A stretch of DNA of 64,000 nucleotides from a virus. A model generated the notes under the pieces. The model was not told the origin of the DNA. It saw only the letters and a program-made list of their open reading frames with translations, and did no database searches. The stretch covers positions 96,001 to 160,000 of IMG/VR virus record IMGVR_UViG_3300042013_000045. One strand, given 5' to 3'. Made by a program: the position numbers and the translations under genes. Positions 27,940-38,026 of the stretch are shown here, one piece after another; the first letter of the stretch is position 1, and every line of letters begins with the position of its first letter.

Positions 27940-29969
27940 TCCGAGATCCCCTGTGGATTCACAAACATAATACCGTCTTGCACGAAGCCCAGCTTGATAG
28001 CCTTCTTGACCTTCTCAGGCCCAGCTCCAGTACCGGCGTAAAGAATGTCCAAGTTAGGACTGATGGTAGAGGTTAAGCGACCACCGCGTGCCTTGACATT
28101 GGCTTCCATCTGACTGCGGCTCAGGCCGTCAAACGATCCCCCTGTCACAACAACCCGCTTACCTTCCAAGTCACGGACGATAGATGGGTCAGGCGGTGCA
28201 TCCTCTACATAAGTGAAGAGCTTGTCGTAAGATAAATACTCACGACGGTTAGCCGCACACGCATCAATAACAGCTTGAGCCGTGTCTGGGCCAATGTCCG
28301 GGATACTTTTCAGCTCTTCAAAGGTAGCGTTACAGATTTCCTCAAACGTTTTATAGTTCAAAGCCAACCGTTCGGCTGTACCTTCTCCCACACCCGGCAT
28401 CCCTACGGCAAAGATCACCTTACGCAACGGTTGAGTCTTTGCCGCCTGAATGTTCTTCAGTACTTTCTTGATGGTGATGTCCGAGGTTGGGTACACCAGC
28501 TTCAGGTCCTCGTAGCCTAAGTAGAACAGCGACGAGAACGAACCCACCAACCCATGCTTCACCAGTTCAGTGATGCCTGCTTCACCCAAGTCCTTGATGT
28601 TCATGCCATCACGGCTCACGAAATGCACCAGACGTGCTACGGCTTGGTCTGGACACCCACTGTTGTTTGGGCAGTAGAGTGAATGGGTCTGACGCACCAG
28701 CTCACAACCACACGACGGACAGTGTGTCGGATACTCAAGCGGTGTGCAGTCCGGGGTACGCAGGTCTAGGATCACCGATTCGATCTTGGGAATCACATCC
28801 CCGCGACGACTGACGATGATGTGGTCACCGACCATGAGGTCCAACCGCTCGATCTCAGCGATGTTGTGCAACGTAGGACTGCTCACCGTCACGCCACAGA
28901 TGTGGACAGGACGAATGATGGCCACTGGGGTCACCACACCGCTCTTGCCCACTTGGAACTTGGCTCCGTGGAAGATCGACACCCCTTCTTCAGCTGGGAA
29001 CTTGTACGCTGTAGCCCACCGAGGTGAGTTGCTGCGAGAACCCATGGCCATGCGAAGTGCTAACTGACTGACCTTGAAGACCATGCCGTCAATTTCATAC
29101 TCCCAGTCAGGGCGTATTGCCAGTGACCGTTCCAACATCTGCTCGTAGATCTCTCGACGGACTTCTTTGGGCAGGTCTTTTCGGCTCACCAATACAGGCA
29201 CTGGCGTAGTGGTCTTGAACCCCCACTGGTAAAGCAGATCGTGAGGGCTTGTGCCGAGGTAGTACTTGTCTGGAAAGTCCAAGACGTAGTCATACGCCAC
29301 GAAACTCAACCGACGATGGATCACCTCGTCAGGGTCTTTCAGACGTAGCGACCCTGCCGCGTAGTTGCGTGGGTTGGCATACGTCTTCTTACCCGCTTCA
29401 CGATTGGCGTCGTTGATCTCTTTGAAGACCTTCTTGTCAACCTTGACCTCGCCGCGGACTTCAATGAGACTGTCCGGGTGAACGCTGTTACCCAAGCTGG
29501 TCTGTACGCCCCAGACATTGATTGCGTTCTGGGTTACGTCCTCGCCTTCAAATCCGTCCCCACGAGTGGTGGCCGTTTTCAGGAAGCCGTTGAGGTAGAC
29601 CAGGTTCAGACTGAGTCCATCGACCTTCGGTTCCATCACTACGTCAGCTTCTGGAGGGAGGGTCTCATCCCATTCCATTAGTTCGTCGATGTTGAAGACG
29701 TTGTCCAGGCTGCGCATCGGGGTAATGTGACGGATCACCTCAAACCCATTCGACCCTGTGGTGTAACCCACTGTCTTGGTAGGGGAAGTAGGGTCATCAA
29801 TACCTAGGATGCGTTCGTATTCGATGAGCTCTTTCTTGAGCTCATCGTAGACAGGGTCAGTGACTTCACTAACACTGTCTTCATGATAACGTTTATTAAG
29901 GTGCACGATCGTGTCCCGTAGGACCTGCATGTGATCGTGTAACTGTTGTGTGCTCTCTGACGTTTCCAT
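27936..29969 (-). CDS. ligA: NAD-dependent DNA ligase
   Basis: MRSLDN, EPKVDG adenylation motif, TRGDG, RRGDVIP, CPSC zinc finger, HhH repeats, C-terminal BRCT. Confidence 0.97.
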   Translation of the reverse strand: METSESTQQLHDHMQVLRDTIVHLNKRYHEDSVSEVTDPVYDELKKELIEYERILGIDDPTSPTKTVGYTTGSNGFEVIRHITPMRSLDNVFNIDELMEWDETLPPEADVVMEPKVDGLSLNLVYLNGFLKTATTRGDGFEGEDVTQNAINVWGVQTSLGNSVHPDSLIEVRGEVKVDKKVFKEINDANREAGKKTYANPRNYAAGSLRLKDPDEVIHRRLSFVAYDYVLDFPDKYYLGTSPHDLLYQWGFKTTTPVPVLVSRKDLPKEVRREIYEQMLERSLAIRPDWEYEIDGMVFKVSQLALRMAMGSRSNSPRWATAYKFPAEEGVSIFHGAKFQVGKSGVVTPVAIIRPVHICGVTVSSPTLHNIAEIERLDLMVGDHIIVSRRGDVIPKIESVILDLRTPDCTPLEYPTHCPSCGCELVRQTHSLYCPNNSGCPDQAVARLVHFVSRDGMNIKDLGEAGITELVKHGLVGSFSSLFYLGYEDLKLVYPTSDITIKKVLKNIQAAKTQPLRKVIFAVGMPGVGEGTAERLALNYKTFEEICNATFEELKSIPDIGPDTAQAVIDACAANRREYLSYDKLFTYVEDAPPDPSIVRDLEGKRVVVTGGSFDGLSRSQMEANVKARGGRLTSTISPNLDILYAGTGAGPEKVKKAIKLGFVQDGIMFVNPQGISE

Positions 29970-30082
29970 GAGAGTTCCTTAGAATGGTTATTGCCGCATC
30001 AAACAATGGTAGTGGTTTTTTCTAAATGACTAACTCCTCCGCTATTCACAAGGATAATGTAGCGCCAGATAAAAGTTAAAGG

Positions 30083-30113
30083 CGGCATATCCGGGAGGCC
30101 GTAGCCTCCCGGA
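30083..30113 (-). terminator. Hairpin + TATGCCG terminator
   Basis: TCCGGGAGGC-cgta-GCCTCCCGGA. Confidence 0.75.
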
Positions 30114-30118
30114 GTCGG

Positions 30119-30604
30119 TCACTTGACCACTTTGAGGAATGGCTGACGTTCAGGTTTCGGTGGCTCTGGTGGAGTAGGGTCGGTGTAGTTCGCTGTGTTC
30201 TGCCCCATCGAGTAGTCCATCATCACCATGAAGTCCACCCCGTTACGAATCATGGCAGTGGGTGCGACGGAGAGGCGATGGATCACCCCGTCACGGCAGT
30301 TGGTCATTCCCATCATCTGGTCGAACGGCACGTAGAACTCGTGCGCAGTGCCACTGAAGCGTGCGCTGAAGAAGATGCCGTCTTCACAGAACTCCAGAGC
30401 ACGGATCGCTTCGTCAGCCAGGTTCAAGGCCACCAACTTAAAGCCGTCGTAATCGCGGATGTGCGGTTTCAGGACGTCGTACTTCTCAAAGAAGGCCGGG
30501 TAGGTGAAAACGTGTACCTTCCCGGTCACTGCCAAGCAGTAATGACGCAGCGCGGTGAACATGTGTTGCAGGTAAAGGCGACGATCTTCTTCAGGCGACA
30601 TCAC
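30119..30604 (-). CDS. sspB: SspB-like ClpXP adaptor
   Basis: ALNL...AI..L......F.ARFSG.....VP motif; C-terminal PFLKVVK resembles the ClpX-binding tail. Confidence 0.8.
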   Translation of the reverse strand: MMSPEEDRRLYLQHMFTALRHYCLAVTGKVHVFTYPAFFEKYDVLKPHIRDYDGFKLVALNLADEAIRALEFCEDGIFFSARFSGTAHEFYVPFDQMMGMTNCRDGVIHRLSVAPTAMIRNGVDFMVMMDYSMGQNTANYTDPTPPEPPKPERQPFLKVVK

Positions 30605-30830
30605 GGTGGCTCCCGAGGTGATGAATGCTGCGGTCTAGCGCTTGAAAGCGCCGAATGGTTTGCTCTTGTAGGAGTTTGAAACTGTCACGACGCTTGCCGG
30701 TGTTCAGGAAGTCTTCCAAAGACCGATTATGTTCCCACGCAGTGATGGAATAGATGGCATCGATCAACGTAGGGGCTTCAAGCGCCTTTTGAATTGCTTC
30801 TTCGACGGCGTTTTCGCTTGTGGAGGTCAT
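30591..30830 (-). CDS. Hypothetical protein
   Basis: Operon packing. Confidence 0.5.
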   Translation of the reverse strand: MTSTSENAVEEAIQKALEAPTLIDAIYSITAWEHNRSLEDFLNTGKRRDSFKLLQEQTIRRFQALDRSIHHLGSHRDVA

Positions 30831-31161
30831 AGATTTCCGGATTTAGGCAAAGGTAGTCGGTGGAACTGACCAGCAACGCCTCGTAAAGCTTCTTACGTGT
30901 CGTCTTTGGCTTGCAAGGGTGCTCTGTGACACGGAATTCGAGGTCTTTGCTAGCAAGCTCGTTAAGCAGCTTACAAGGGTGCTTACCTTCGACCAGTAGC
31001 TTGAGTTGTTTGTCTGCTTCTTCGCTGACAGAGAGGCTCTCAGTGACGTAGAAGCGCCCTGTACCCTCGTGTTCGAGTACAAGGCAACCTTCTTTCACCA
31101 AAGCTGGCCGTTTGCAGCGTCCCGTTAGGGGGTACAACCATCTGGACGGCCCTACACTCAT
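30778..31161 (-). CDS. GIY-YIG-like protein (degenerate)
   Basis: GCLVLEH..TGRFYV, L..GKH..K.L pattern. Confidence 0.45.
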   Translation of the reverse strand: MSVGPSRWLYPLTGRCKRPALVKEGCLVLEHEGTGRFYVTESLSVSEEADKQLKLLVEGKHPCKLLNELASKDLEFRVTEHPCKPKTTRKKLYEALLVSSTDYLCLNPEIYDLHKRKRRRRSNSKGA

Positions 31162-31673
31162 GTCGCTGCGACCTCAACCGGTGGGACGTAGTGAGGATTC
31201 AACTCAACTACGCCGCAAACTGTGATGAACTTCTTGTCGGACTGCCGATCTTGGGGAATATCGAGTTCCCAACCGTCGGCCATGTGTTCTTCAACCTGTT
31301 TCATGGTTTGAACACGACAGACCCATACCGCATCCTTCTCACGTTTCCAGATGACGATGTTGAAATGCTCAGCAAAGACTTTGTGGGTGACATTGAAATG
31401 TTGACGGATGAGTCGCGGACCTTTGTAACCTTTGTACGGACCGATCTCGGCGTACAGGTAGATCTGATGGGCGCGGTGGTTGATGTTGTACTCGCTGTAC
31501 AGCAAGTGACGGATACCGCCGACGCGAACAGGGATACCGCTTTCCGCTGTTCTGACGTCAAGATGGTTGCGAGGTTCCACCTTGTAGCGCTTCCCGTTGA
31601 TCTCGCACCCGTAGAACACCTTGTCGTCCCCGTAGGAAGGCACGGGGATCATCTCGATCAGTGACAGTGCCAT
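31158..31673 (-). CDS. Hypothetical protein, paralogue of 35595-36050
   Basis: Shared G.YKG..GP.L and VQT...V......GW motifs. Confidence 0.65.
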   Translation of the reverse strand: MALSLIEMIPVPSYGDDKVFYGCEINGKRYKVEPRNHLDVRTAESGIPVRVGGIRHLLYSEYNINHRAHQIYLYAEIGPYKGYKGPRLIRQHFNVTHKVFAEHFNIVIWKREKDAVWVCRVQTMKQVEEHMADGWELDIPQDRQSDKKFITVCGVVELNPHYVPPVEVAAT

Positions 31674-31694
31674 GACAGGCTCCTTAAAATATCG

Positions 31695-32216
31695 TCATAC
31701 CAAAGACAGACCAAGTTCCGTAGAACCGAAAATGCTGTAGATCTTCGCATTCACGGGGTCAATGAATTCTTGGGTGTCCATGATGACATCTTTCATCAGC
31801 AACAGCTTCATCATGGAAGCAGTTTCACCGATGGCGAAGTTGATCTCACCGTCCTTGATCGGGATCTCCAGATGCGCCACGTCGTTACCGATGTATTCGC
31901 GGTCATTGGTAATCGCCCGATAAGCGTACATGTCCATACTGGCCGTTCGAGCGAACCAGATCTCGGTCTCGACTTTGAACGGAGATTGATGCTCCGTCAG
32001 AGTAGCCTTGAACATGCAGGAGAACAGGTCAGGTTTGTTAAGGCGAGTGACCCCCGTGTTGACCCGGATCACCTCAACATACTCTTCGATGGTCTCGAAG
32101 TAATGTCCGCCCAAGGCGAACTCGTTATTGAAGACGTAGTGACCGAGGAACGTGTAGACTTGTTCGAACAAGTCCAACTTTTCGATGTTATGGTCGCCTT
32201 GCATGCGAAACTCCAA
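31695..32216 (-). CDS. Hypothetical protein
   Basis: 173 aa ORF. Confidence 0.65.
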   Translation of the reverse strand: MEFRMQGDHNIEKLDLFEQVYTFLGHYVFNNEFALGGHYFETIEEYVEVIRVNTGVTRLNKPDLFSCMFKATLTEHQSPFKVETEIWFARTASMDMYAYRAITNDREYIGNDVAHLEIPIKDGEINFAIGETASMMKLLLMKDVIMDTQEFIDPVNAKIYSIFGSTELGLSLV

Positions 32217-32263
32217 AAGAAAGAATAAGAGCCAGAGGGGAAATCCCCCTCTGGTCTATGCGG

Positions 32264-32569
32264 TTAGTCCTTGATCAGTACCGACGTAAGTGCTGGTTCA
32301 AGGATGGAGCGCATGATGGTGAACATCGCTGCTTTCGACGCTGGGTCTTCAGGATCGCCCAAGGCTTCGCCAGCCAAAGCCGGGCGGTAACCTCGATCAC
32401 GGAGCGAGTCCATGAATGCATCGCGGACCACTTTAGCTTCTTCAATGGTCGGCCAAGAAGAAGCTTGAGAGAAGTCACCACCCAGCACGAAGTGACCTTC
32501 ACCCTGCATGACAAACTTCAGGTCGTCACCTGGAACCATCACGCTGATCAGATAAGATGTAGTGCTCAT
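32264..32569 (-). CDS. Hypothetical protein
   Basis: AAGGGG RBS, followed by hairpin. Confidence 0.6.
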   Translation of the reverse strand: MSTTSYLISVMVPGDDLKFVMQGEGHFVLGGDFSQASSWPTIEEAKVVRDAFMDSLRDRGYRPALAGEALGDPEDPASKAAMFTIMRSILEPALTSVLIKD

Positions 32570-32578
32570 GGAAACCCC

Positions 32579-33589
32579 TTAGTTGTGGACGTCGACAGCC
32601 GTGACTACGGTGCCCTTGTCAATATTGCGGATACGTTTCAAGACCTCTTTGACTTCTGCATCGTCAGGATGCTCAAAGAAACTCCAGTCGTACACCGTAC
32701 TTTGTGTGAACACACCATTCTTATCTGCGCTGTAGCCTTCTTCGTAGAAGACCCCGATGGCTGGCACGTAAGTACGAGCAGCAGCATAACGAATGAGTTG
32801 GCGGCGAGACATGCCAGCAACGTCGTACGGAGAGAACAACCCATCCATCCAATCCGGCAGTAACTTGTGGGCGATGTCTATTACCCGTTTGTGCCATGCG
32901 TCATATTCGACATGGTCAAACGAGTAGTAGCGTGCACCCTTAGGCAAGTTCATTCGTTTGAGGATGTTGGCTACGGGTTCCAACGTTGGATCGGCTTTAT
33001 GGATAACCTCCCATACTGCCAATGCCTGCTTGACCCGTTCCTGTTTAGCCTTCTTCCACTCGATGCTACCGAAAGCGACTGACGTGAAACGACCGGCCTT
33101 TTTGCTTTCCAGTTCACCTTTATCCACCGCCCAGCTGACTTCAGCAGGTCCAACAACGTCGGTGAGTGCTTCCCAAGGTTTGACCTCGAACTGGATCGGC
33201 CAACGACCCCCAATAACCCACCAGTCCCAGAACGCACGAGAGACCACGATCTTGGCAGTAGCTGCTTTGCTATCCAAGTCATAGGCAACAACGAACGCAT
33301 CCAGTTCCCGGATAGACCCTACGTCGATCCAATCGTACGCATTGTCCACCAGGATGATGGGACGACACTTGTTGTAGTTGGCCGTCTTGTCCGTGATCTT
33401 GCGGAACGCGGTGATCATGTCGAAGAGGGTGGTCTCCAACGTCATCACCGGCACATTCTCCAGTACAACAAGTTCAGGACGAAGTCCGCCCGTCTCTGGA
33501 CATTCCCAGTTCTCGTTATAAGGTTTCATGACGCGGGCCAAAGTCTCTTTGTCCTTTGGCCCGTACACGTAAGTCAAGTAGTGAGACAT
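32579..33589 (-). CDS. Phage hypothetical protein (WDWWVIGGRW motif)
   Basis: MSHY N-terminus, WDW..IGGRW, C-terminal VDVH. Confidence 0.75.
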   Translation of the reverse strand: MSHYLTYVYGPKDKETLARVMKPYNENWECPETGGLRPELVVLENVPVMTLETTLFDMITAFRKITDKTANYNKCRPIILVDNAYDWIDVGSIRELDAFVVAYDLDSKAATAKIVVSRAFWDWWVIGGRWPIQFEVKPWEALTDVVGPAEVSWAVDKGELESKKAGRFTSVAFGSIEWKKAKQERVKQALAVWEVIHKADPTLEPVANILKRMNLPKGARYYSFDHVEYDAWHKRVIDIAHKLLPDWMDGLFSPYDVAGMSRRQLIRYAAARTYVPAIGVFYEEGYSADKNGVFTQSTVYDWSFFEHPDDAEVKEVLKRIRNIDKGTVVTAVDVHN

Positions 33590-33596
33590 GGATCAC

Positions 33597-34373
33597 CTAT
33601 CGGCAAAACGTACTCGCATTCAGAACGACAGACCGCTTGTCGAATGTGATCACGTAGGTTTCAGCAACCGGCAGGACTTCTTTGCCGAGTTCGCCATTGG
33701 AGATGTACTTGGACGTAGGACCATCAGGACCGCCGAGGCTGGCGATGACCATAGCGCTGCCCTTGATGTCCAGTTCGGTCTTGACCTGCGTTTCGTCGTT
33801 ATGAGCCCAACGCACCCCGAGCATTTCGTTCTGGGTGTAGGAGTAATAACGCGTGCCGGTCAGACGGACTTGTTTGTCAGCAGTCTCGAAGAAGCAGATA
33901 CGAGGCTCGACGACATAGGTGTGCTTACGCACGGTGTACTGCCAGTACAACAGAGCACCAGCGGCCAACACAGCTAGGAAGCAAATGAACTTGATCCAGT
34001 TCCACATGCGACGAGCACGAGCCTTCAGACTACGGTCTTTGACCTTCCCACGCGCTGCTTCACCAGCATCAAGTTTGTACGGACGCTGCACGCCATGTGG
34101 CGCACTGAAAGGAGCATGACTTGGAGGAAGTTCCAGGGGACCCGGCTCTGGTTCCGGCATCATCCGGGCGTCGAACTCTTTCGGGTCGTTGGACGGTTTA
34201 CCGTCCACCTGACCAGATGCAGGGTCTGTAGGCTCAGGGACCGGGAAGCTCTCTTTGCGGATGTTGTGCGGATTGGCCGGGTCAAGCGTCAGGTCACTGC
34301 CGACGTAGATGCCTACTTGCTCAGGGGTTACTTCATCAGCGAGGGCACGTGGTGGCTTGATGTCTGTGGTCAT
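33597..34373 (-). CDS. Hypothetical membrane protein
   Basis: Pro-rich N-terminus, central TM helix. Confidence 0.7.
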   Translation of the reverse strand: MTTDIKPPRALADEVTPEQVGIYVGSDLTLDPANPHNIRKESFPVPEPTDPASGQVDGKPSNDPKEFDARMMPEPEPGPLELPPSHAPFSAPHGVQRPYKLDAGEAARGKVKDRSLKARARRMWNWIKFICFLAVLAAGALLYWQYTVRKHTYVVEPRICFFETADKQVRLTGTRYYSYTQNEMLGVRWAHNDETQVKTELDIKGSAMVIASLGGPDGPTSKYISNGELGKEVLPVAETYVITFDKRSVVLNASTFCR

Positions 34374-34424
34374 GGTTAGCTTCCTTGATAGAGTGTTGGT
34401 AAACGCGGGTTGTACAGCAGCGGA

Positions 34425-34946
34425 TTACTCCGCCGGTGCTTCTTCTATTGGCTTGTGGAGTTCGGTCACGATGAGTGTATCGTAGAACTCGCTGAACGCT
34501 GGGTTGAATGCCCGTACCTTGTCGATACGCTCTTGAGAGAAGTTGTCAACCTTCATTACCCACCGCAGGACTGCAAGGCCAACGAACTGCTCTTTCCACA
34601 GAGCGGCAACTGCTTCGTGGACATCGTACGGCTGGTACTTGAAGTTCAAGTACTGGTTCATCTGGAGGTAAGCTTTACTGTCCAGCACGTTCTTCTCACC
34701 GTACAGGAACGTAACCAGAGCATGTACCGATGAACTGATCCTGATACGGTTAGCGAAGTGATGATCAAACTTCATCTGGCTCAGATGAAAGTTAGGATCG
34801 CCCTTAGGTTCGTGACCCCATGCTTTCCACCAGAGACGGCGGAAGAAGTCTTGGGTAGGGAACCAGACCTTCATGAACAGGACGACGCAGTACACGAAGA
34901 TGAAATGCAGGGTAGCGTGTACGACTTTCTCTTTGAGCGTTGCCAT
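34425..34946 (-). CDS. Hypothetical membrane protein
   Basis: N-terminal hydrophobic helix, GAGGT RBS. Confidence 0.65.
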   Translation of the reverse strand: MATLKEKVVHATLHFIFVYCVVLFMKVWFPTQDFFRRLWWKAWGHEPKGDPNFHLSQMKFDHHFANRIRISSSVHALVTFLYGEKNVLDSKAYLQMNQYLNFKYQPYDVHEAVAALWKEQFVGLAVLRWVMKVDNFSQERIDKVRAFNPAFSEFYDTLIVTELHKPIEEAPAE

Positions 34947-34962
34947 GGGTTGAGACCTCAGG

Positions 34963-35598
34963 TTACTTGCTGTGACGAATCAGGGAGTCGTAGATCTGAC
35001 CCGCTTCAAGGTTAGGGATAGCTGCGCGGTGCGCTGCCAAGGCACTGCGGACAGCCATTTGAATCTGACTGCACACGTAGTCGACTTCCAGTCCACCAGT
35101 ACCAACTCCCATCAAGGGGATCAGTACGTTGACGGTGTCGGTACGCCGAAGGAGAGGTGATTGAATCAGCTCAATCAAACCGGCGCGGGTAGCGAGGTAT
35201 GGAACGTCGCTGTCTTTCGGCAGTTTGGTTGGCACGCGCATTGTAGGGGCGTAAGCACAGACAGGAATGTTCAGCCCACCTGTCTCAACAACAACGGCAC
35301 TGCCAACGTTCAGTTCCCCGTAGTGCCATTGACGGATACGGTTCTTGACGTTTGCCTGGATCGCCGGACCGAACGCATCCACCAGCCCCTGGTCGAAACC
35401 ACCGTCCATCTGACCGTAACTGTTACCCGGTGCGATGACCGCATCGAATTCAGCGTGGGACAAAGGTTTGTTGGTGACGCGCAGGTCTGCACCTTCGTTA
35501 GTAAGGATCATCAGGTAGCGATTACTACAGATGTAGTCCTGTACCTTCAACTGACTGTCGCGAGTGTGGCAGTAGATTGTGGCGATGATGTTGGTCAT
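34963..35598 (-). CDS. Macrodomain (ADP-ribose binding/hydrolase) protein
   Basis: IAPGNSYGQMDGGFD, YAPTMRVP, MGVGTGG motifs. Confidence 0.85.
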   Translation of the reverse strand: MTNIIATIYCHTRDSQLKVQDYICSNRYLMILTNEGADLRVTNKPLSHAEFDAVIAPGNSYGQMDGGFDQGLVDAFGPAIQANVKNRIRQWHYGELNVGSAVVVETGGLNIPVCAYAPTMRVPTKLPKDSDVPYLATRAGLIELIQSPLLRRTDTVNVLIPLMGVGTGGLEVDYVCSQIQMAVRSALAAHRAAIPNLEAGQIYDSLIRHSK

Positions 35599-36050
35599 TG
35601 GGCTTTCTCTTTGCATTCAGGTTTAGTGACGAGCCAGCCTTCGGAGATACGACGCTGGACAGTCTCGAGGGTTTGTACGGTGTCAGACCATACGACCGGA
35701 TCGCCCGCAGTGGTCGTGCCGTGTTTGAACAACTTGACCCAGAAGAACTTGTTGAACGCTTCAAGGGTGACTTGGATCTCACCTTCACGAAGCTGTGGAC
35801 CGATGAACCCCTTGTACTCACCTTCCGCCACCATGAGGTGAGGAATCATGCACCGCAGCAGTTGACTGTAGGCGAAGTGGATGTTGTACAACTTGCCGTC
35901 AATGTAGATCGGAATCTCTTCCTCACCGTCCCTCGTTGGTACAGGCGGTAAAGCGCCGCACTGAAGCTCGATGAAGTGGTGGTTGTAGATGAAGAGCGTG
36001 TCAGAGCGCAAGGTAGGCTTACTGACTTTGAGCGTCATGAGTTCCGTCAT
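35595..36050 (-). CDS. Hypothetical protein, paralogue of 31158-31673
   Basis: Shared motifs. Confidence 0.65.
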   Translation of the reverse strand: MTELMTLKVSKPTLRSDTLFIYNHHFIELQCGALPPVPTRDGEEEIPIYIDGKLYNIHFAYSQLLRCMIPHLMVAEGEYKGFIGPQLREGEIQVTLEAFNKFFWVKLFKHGTTTAGDPVVWSDTVQTLETVQRRISEGWLVTKPECKEKAQ

Positions 36051-36059
36051 GATGATTCC

Positions 36060-36308
36060 TTACAGGTCAACGACGATGGTGATGAACTTCTTGCCCGTGG
36101 GGTTGGTACGCTTCCAGTGTACGACCATGCCGTTGACACTGATGTTGAAGTCATCACTGTGGAACTCACGCAGGACTTCTTCATTGATCACGATTGGGGT
36201 CATGCGACCGACCACGGCAAGCTTCTGCACTTGCTGACGGACATTGATGAAGCCGTCGTTACTGGCGTCAACTTCGAGCGACAAGGACGAGACACGTACG
36301 TTATTCAT
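36060..36308 (-). CDS. Hypothetical protein
   Basis: AAGGA RBS. Confidence 0.55.
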   Translation of the reverse strand: MNNVRVSSLSLEVDASNDGFINVRQQVQKLAVVGRMTPIVINEEVLREFHSDDFNISVNGMVVHWKRTNPTGKKFITIVVDL

Positions 36309-36321
36309 GGATGCGATCCTT

Positions 36322-36843
36322 CTAGTTGAGTACAGGGGATTTGAGGCCGGGTGGAGTGAACTCCAGCATGCCCACAGACTTCACCAAACAATCACCTTTG
36401 CCAAAGATGACTGTAGGTACCGGGTAGTTGCCACCAGTGCTCACATGAGCCTCGTAGCCCCAGCTGATGAACTTCTCGATGACGAAGTTGTACTGGTCGA
36501 TGATCTCAGGAGCCAACCACGTAAAACGTTGCATGGCTTCTTTGAGCTTCTCTGCTTTGAACAGATGGAACTGTACTTTATCGTTCAAGCACTGACTGTG
36601 TACGATAGACAGTTCTTTAGCCAGACACAGTTTCAATGTCGAACCGCCGACATCCCAACCGATCATGACTTCGTTGATAGCAGCGTCGTCATCAAATATT
36701 GGGGTAAAGCTCCCCTTGTGCATGCGGATAGCGTCGTTGTCTTCCAGCGACGAGTTGATCATATCCCAGCAGGCTTCGATGAACGGGATGTCAACTGTAC
36801 GGTACAACGTCATATTGGCAACATCGGCAAACTTAGCGGACAC
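36322..36843 (-). CDS. Hypothetical protein
   Basis: AGGAGAGG RBS, GTG start, downstream of TACATTAT at 36877-36884. Confidence 0.65.
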   Translation of the reverse strand: MSAKFADVANMTLYRTVDIPFIEACWDMINSSLEDNDAIRMHKGSFTPIFDDDAAINEVMIGWDVGGSTLKLCLAKELSIVHSQCLNDKVQFHLFKAEKLKEAMQRFTWLAPEIIDQYNFVIEKFISWGYEAHVSTGGNYPVPTVIFGKGDCLVKSVGMLEFTPPGLKSPVLN

Positions 36844-36950
36844 TAGCCTCTCCTTTAGAGGGTTTATACTACAAGGATAATGTATGTTTATTATCTTTTA
36901 CAAGAAAGCGGCATAACTCCCCCTCACCATCAAGTGAGGGGGAGTCTGTA

Positions 36951-37568
36951 CTATCCAATCAATTCAAGCACTGGTCGCCATGCAACGTTAGCACCATTCG
37001 CATTCCTATCCCCGTAGGTCCAGGATTCAATGGTGTTACCCCGCATCGCAGCGTAGAAATCGCCACGCGGTTCTTGTACCCAGCTAAGCATAGCGGGAAT
37101 GTCCAACTGGGCTTCGGTGTAATCATCCCACTTTGCCAACCCGGCAGTAGGTTTCACACAGACCCGGTACAGCAGCTGGTTCCATTCGGAGGCATCCTGG
37201 GAAGGTATGTTGCTTTGTAAGCCGCCCGTCATCAATCTGACTTTATACGACTTGGTCCCAATGACTACAGTTTTACCTGCGACCAGCTGTTTGCCATTGA
37301 GCACGTTCCATGAAGTGGAATGTCTCAAGTGACGACTTGCGATAAACAGTGTCTTACCCAAGTGTGCAAACTGAAGCCAATCAGCTGCCGGGTTGGATGA
37401 AACTCCAGTAGCACTCATGTCGACTAACGCTGCCAGATCAGTACCCGTGATAAGCTCAGCCGCGGGTACTGGACCGTAATAACCCAGCTGATCGTCACCA
37501 AACATCAGCGGTCTTTCTGTAGGTAGCGGGTGATAACTCCCCGCTACTTGTAACAAACGGCTTATCAT
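36951..37568 (-). CDS. Virion/tail-associated protein, paralogue of 42425-43087
   Basis: GD.QLGYYG, YKVRLM.GG, SEW.QL.YRVC, WRPVLEL motifs shared. Confidence 0.75.
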   Translation of the reverse strand: MISRLLQVAGSYHPLPTERPLMFGDDQLGYYGPVPAAELITGTDLAALVDMSATGVSSNPAADWLQFAHLGKTLFIASRHLRHSTSWNVLNGKQLVAGKTVVIGTKSYKVRLMTGGLQSNIPSQDASEWNQLLYRVCVKPTAGLAKWDDYTEAQLDIPAMLSWVQEPRGDFYAAMRGNTIESWTYGDRNANGANVAWRPVLELIG

Positions 37569-37612
37569 ACTACCCTCACGTTTTATTGAACGACATACGA
37601 TAAGCCTCGCCG

Positions 37613-38026
37613 TCAGCGACGACCGTAACCGAGTGACTCGTACGGATCGTCACGCTCCACAGGCTGTTCGAATGAGCGACCTTGCATGAAGTCTAGGTTC
37701 AGTTTGGGTTCCGGGAGCACCCCTTCTGTCACCTTGCGAGAAGAGAACTGCAAGGACTTCTTGATCCAGGTCAGGTCTCGCCCATACGCAGTAGCCTTAC
37801 CTTCAACGACCACGATAGCCCGACGAACGTTATAGGCATGCAGGTACTTGAGCGCGTTTTCCAAACCACCTTTGAATACCACGGTGAAGGCCACTTCGTA
37901 CATCACGTCGAGGTGCTTCACCATATCGTCCAATGGCACTGCTGCGGTTACACCTAAGAAGTCTTGAACCTGAACAATCTCTGCCTCGTCATCAACGAGG
38001 ATCAAGCTGATACCTTCACTGAGCAT
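37613..38026 (-). CDS. Hypothetical protein
   Basis: AAGGA RBS; downstream of TACATTAC at 38075-38082. Confidence 0.6.
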   Translation of the reverse strand: MLSEGISLILVDDEAEIVQVQDFLGVTAAVPLDDMVKHLDVMYEVAFTVVFKGGLENALKYLHAYNVRRAIVVVEGKATAYGRDLTWIKKSLQFSSRKVTEGVLPEPKLNLDFMQGRSFEQPVERDDPYESLGYGRR

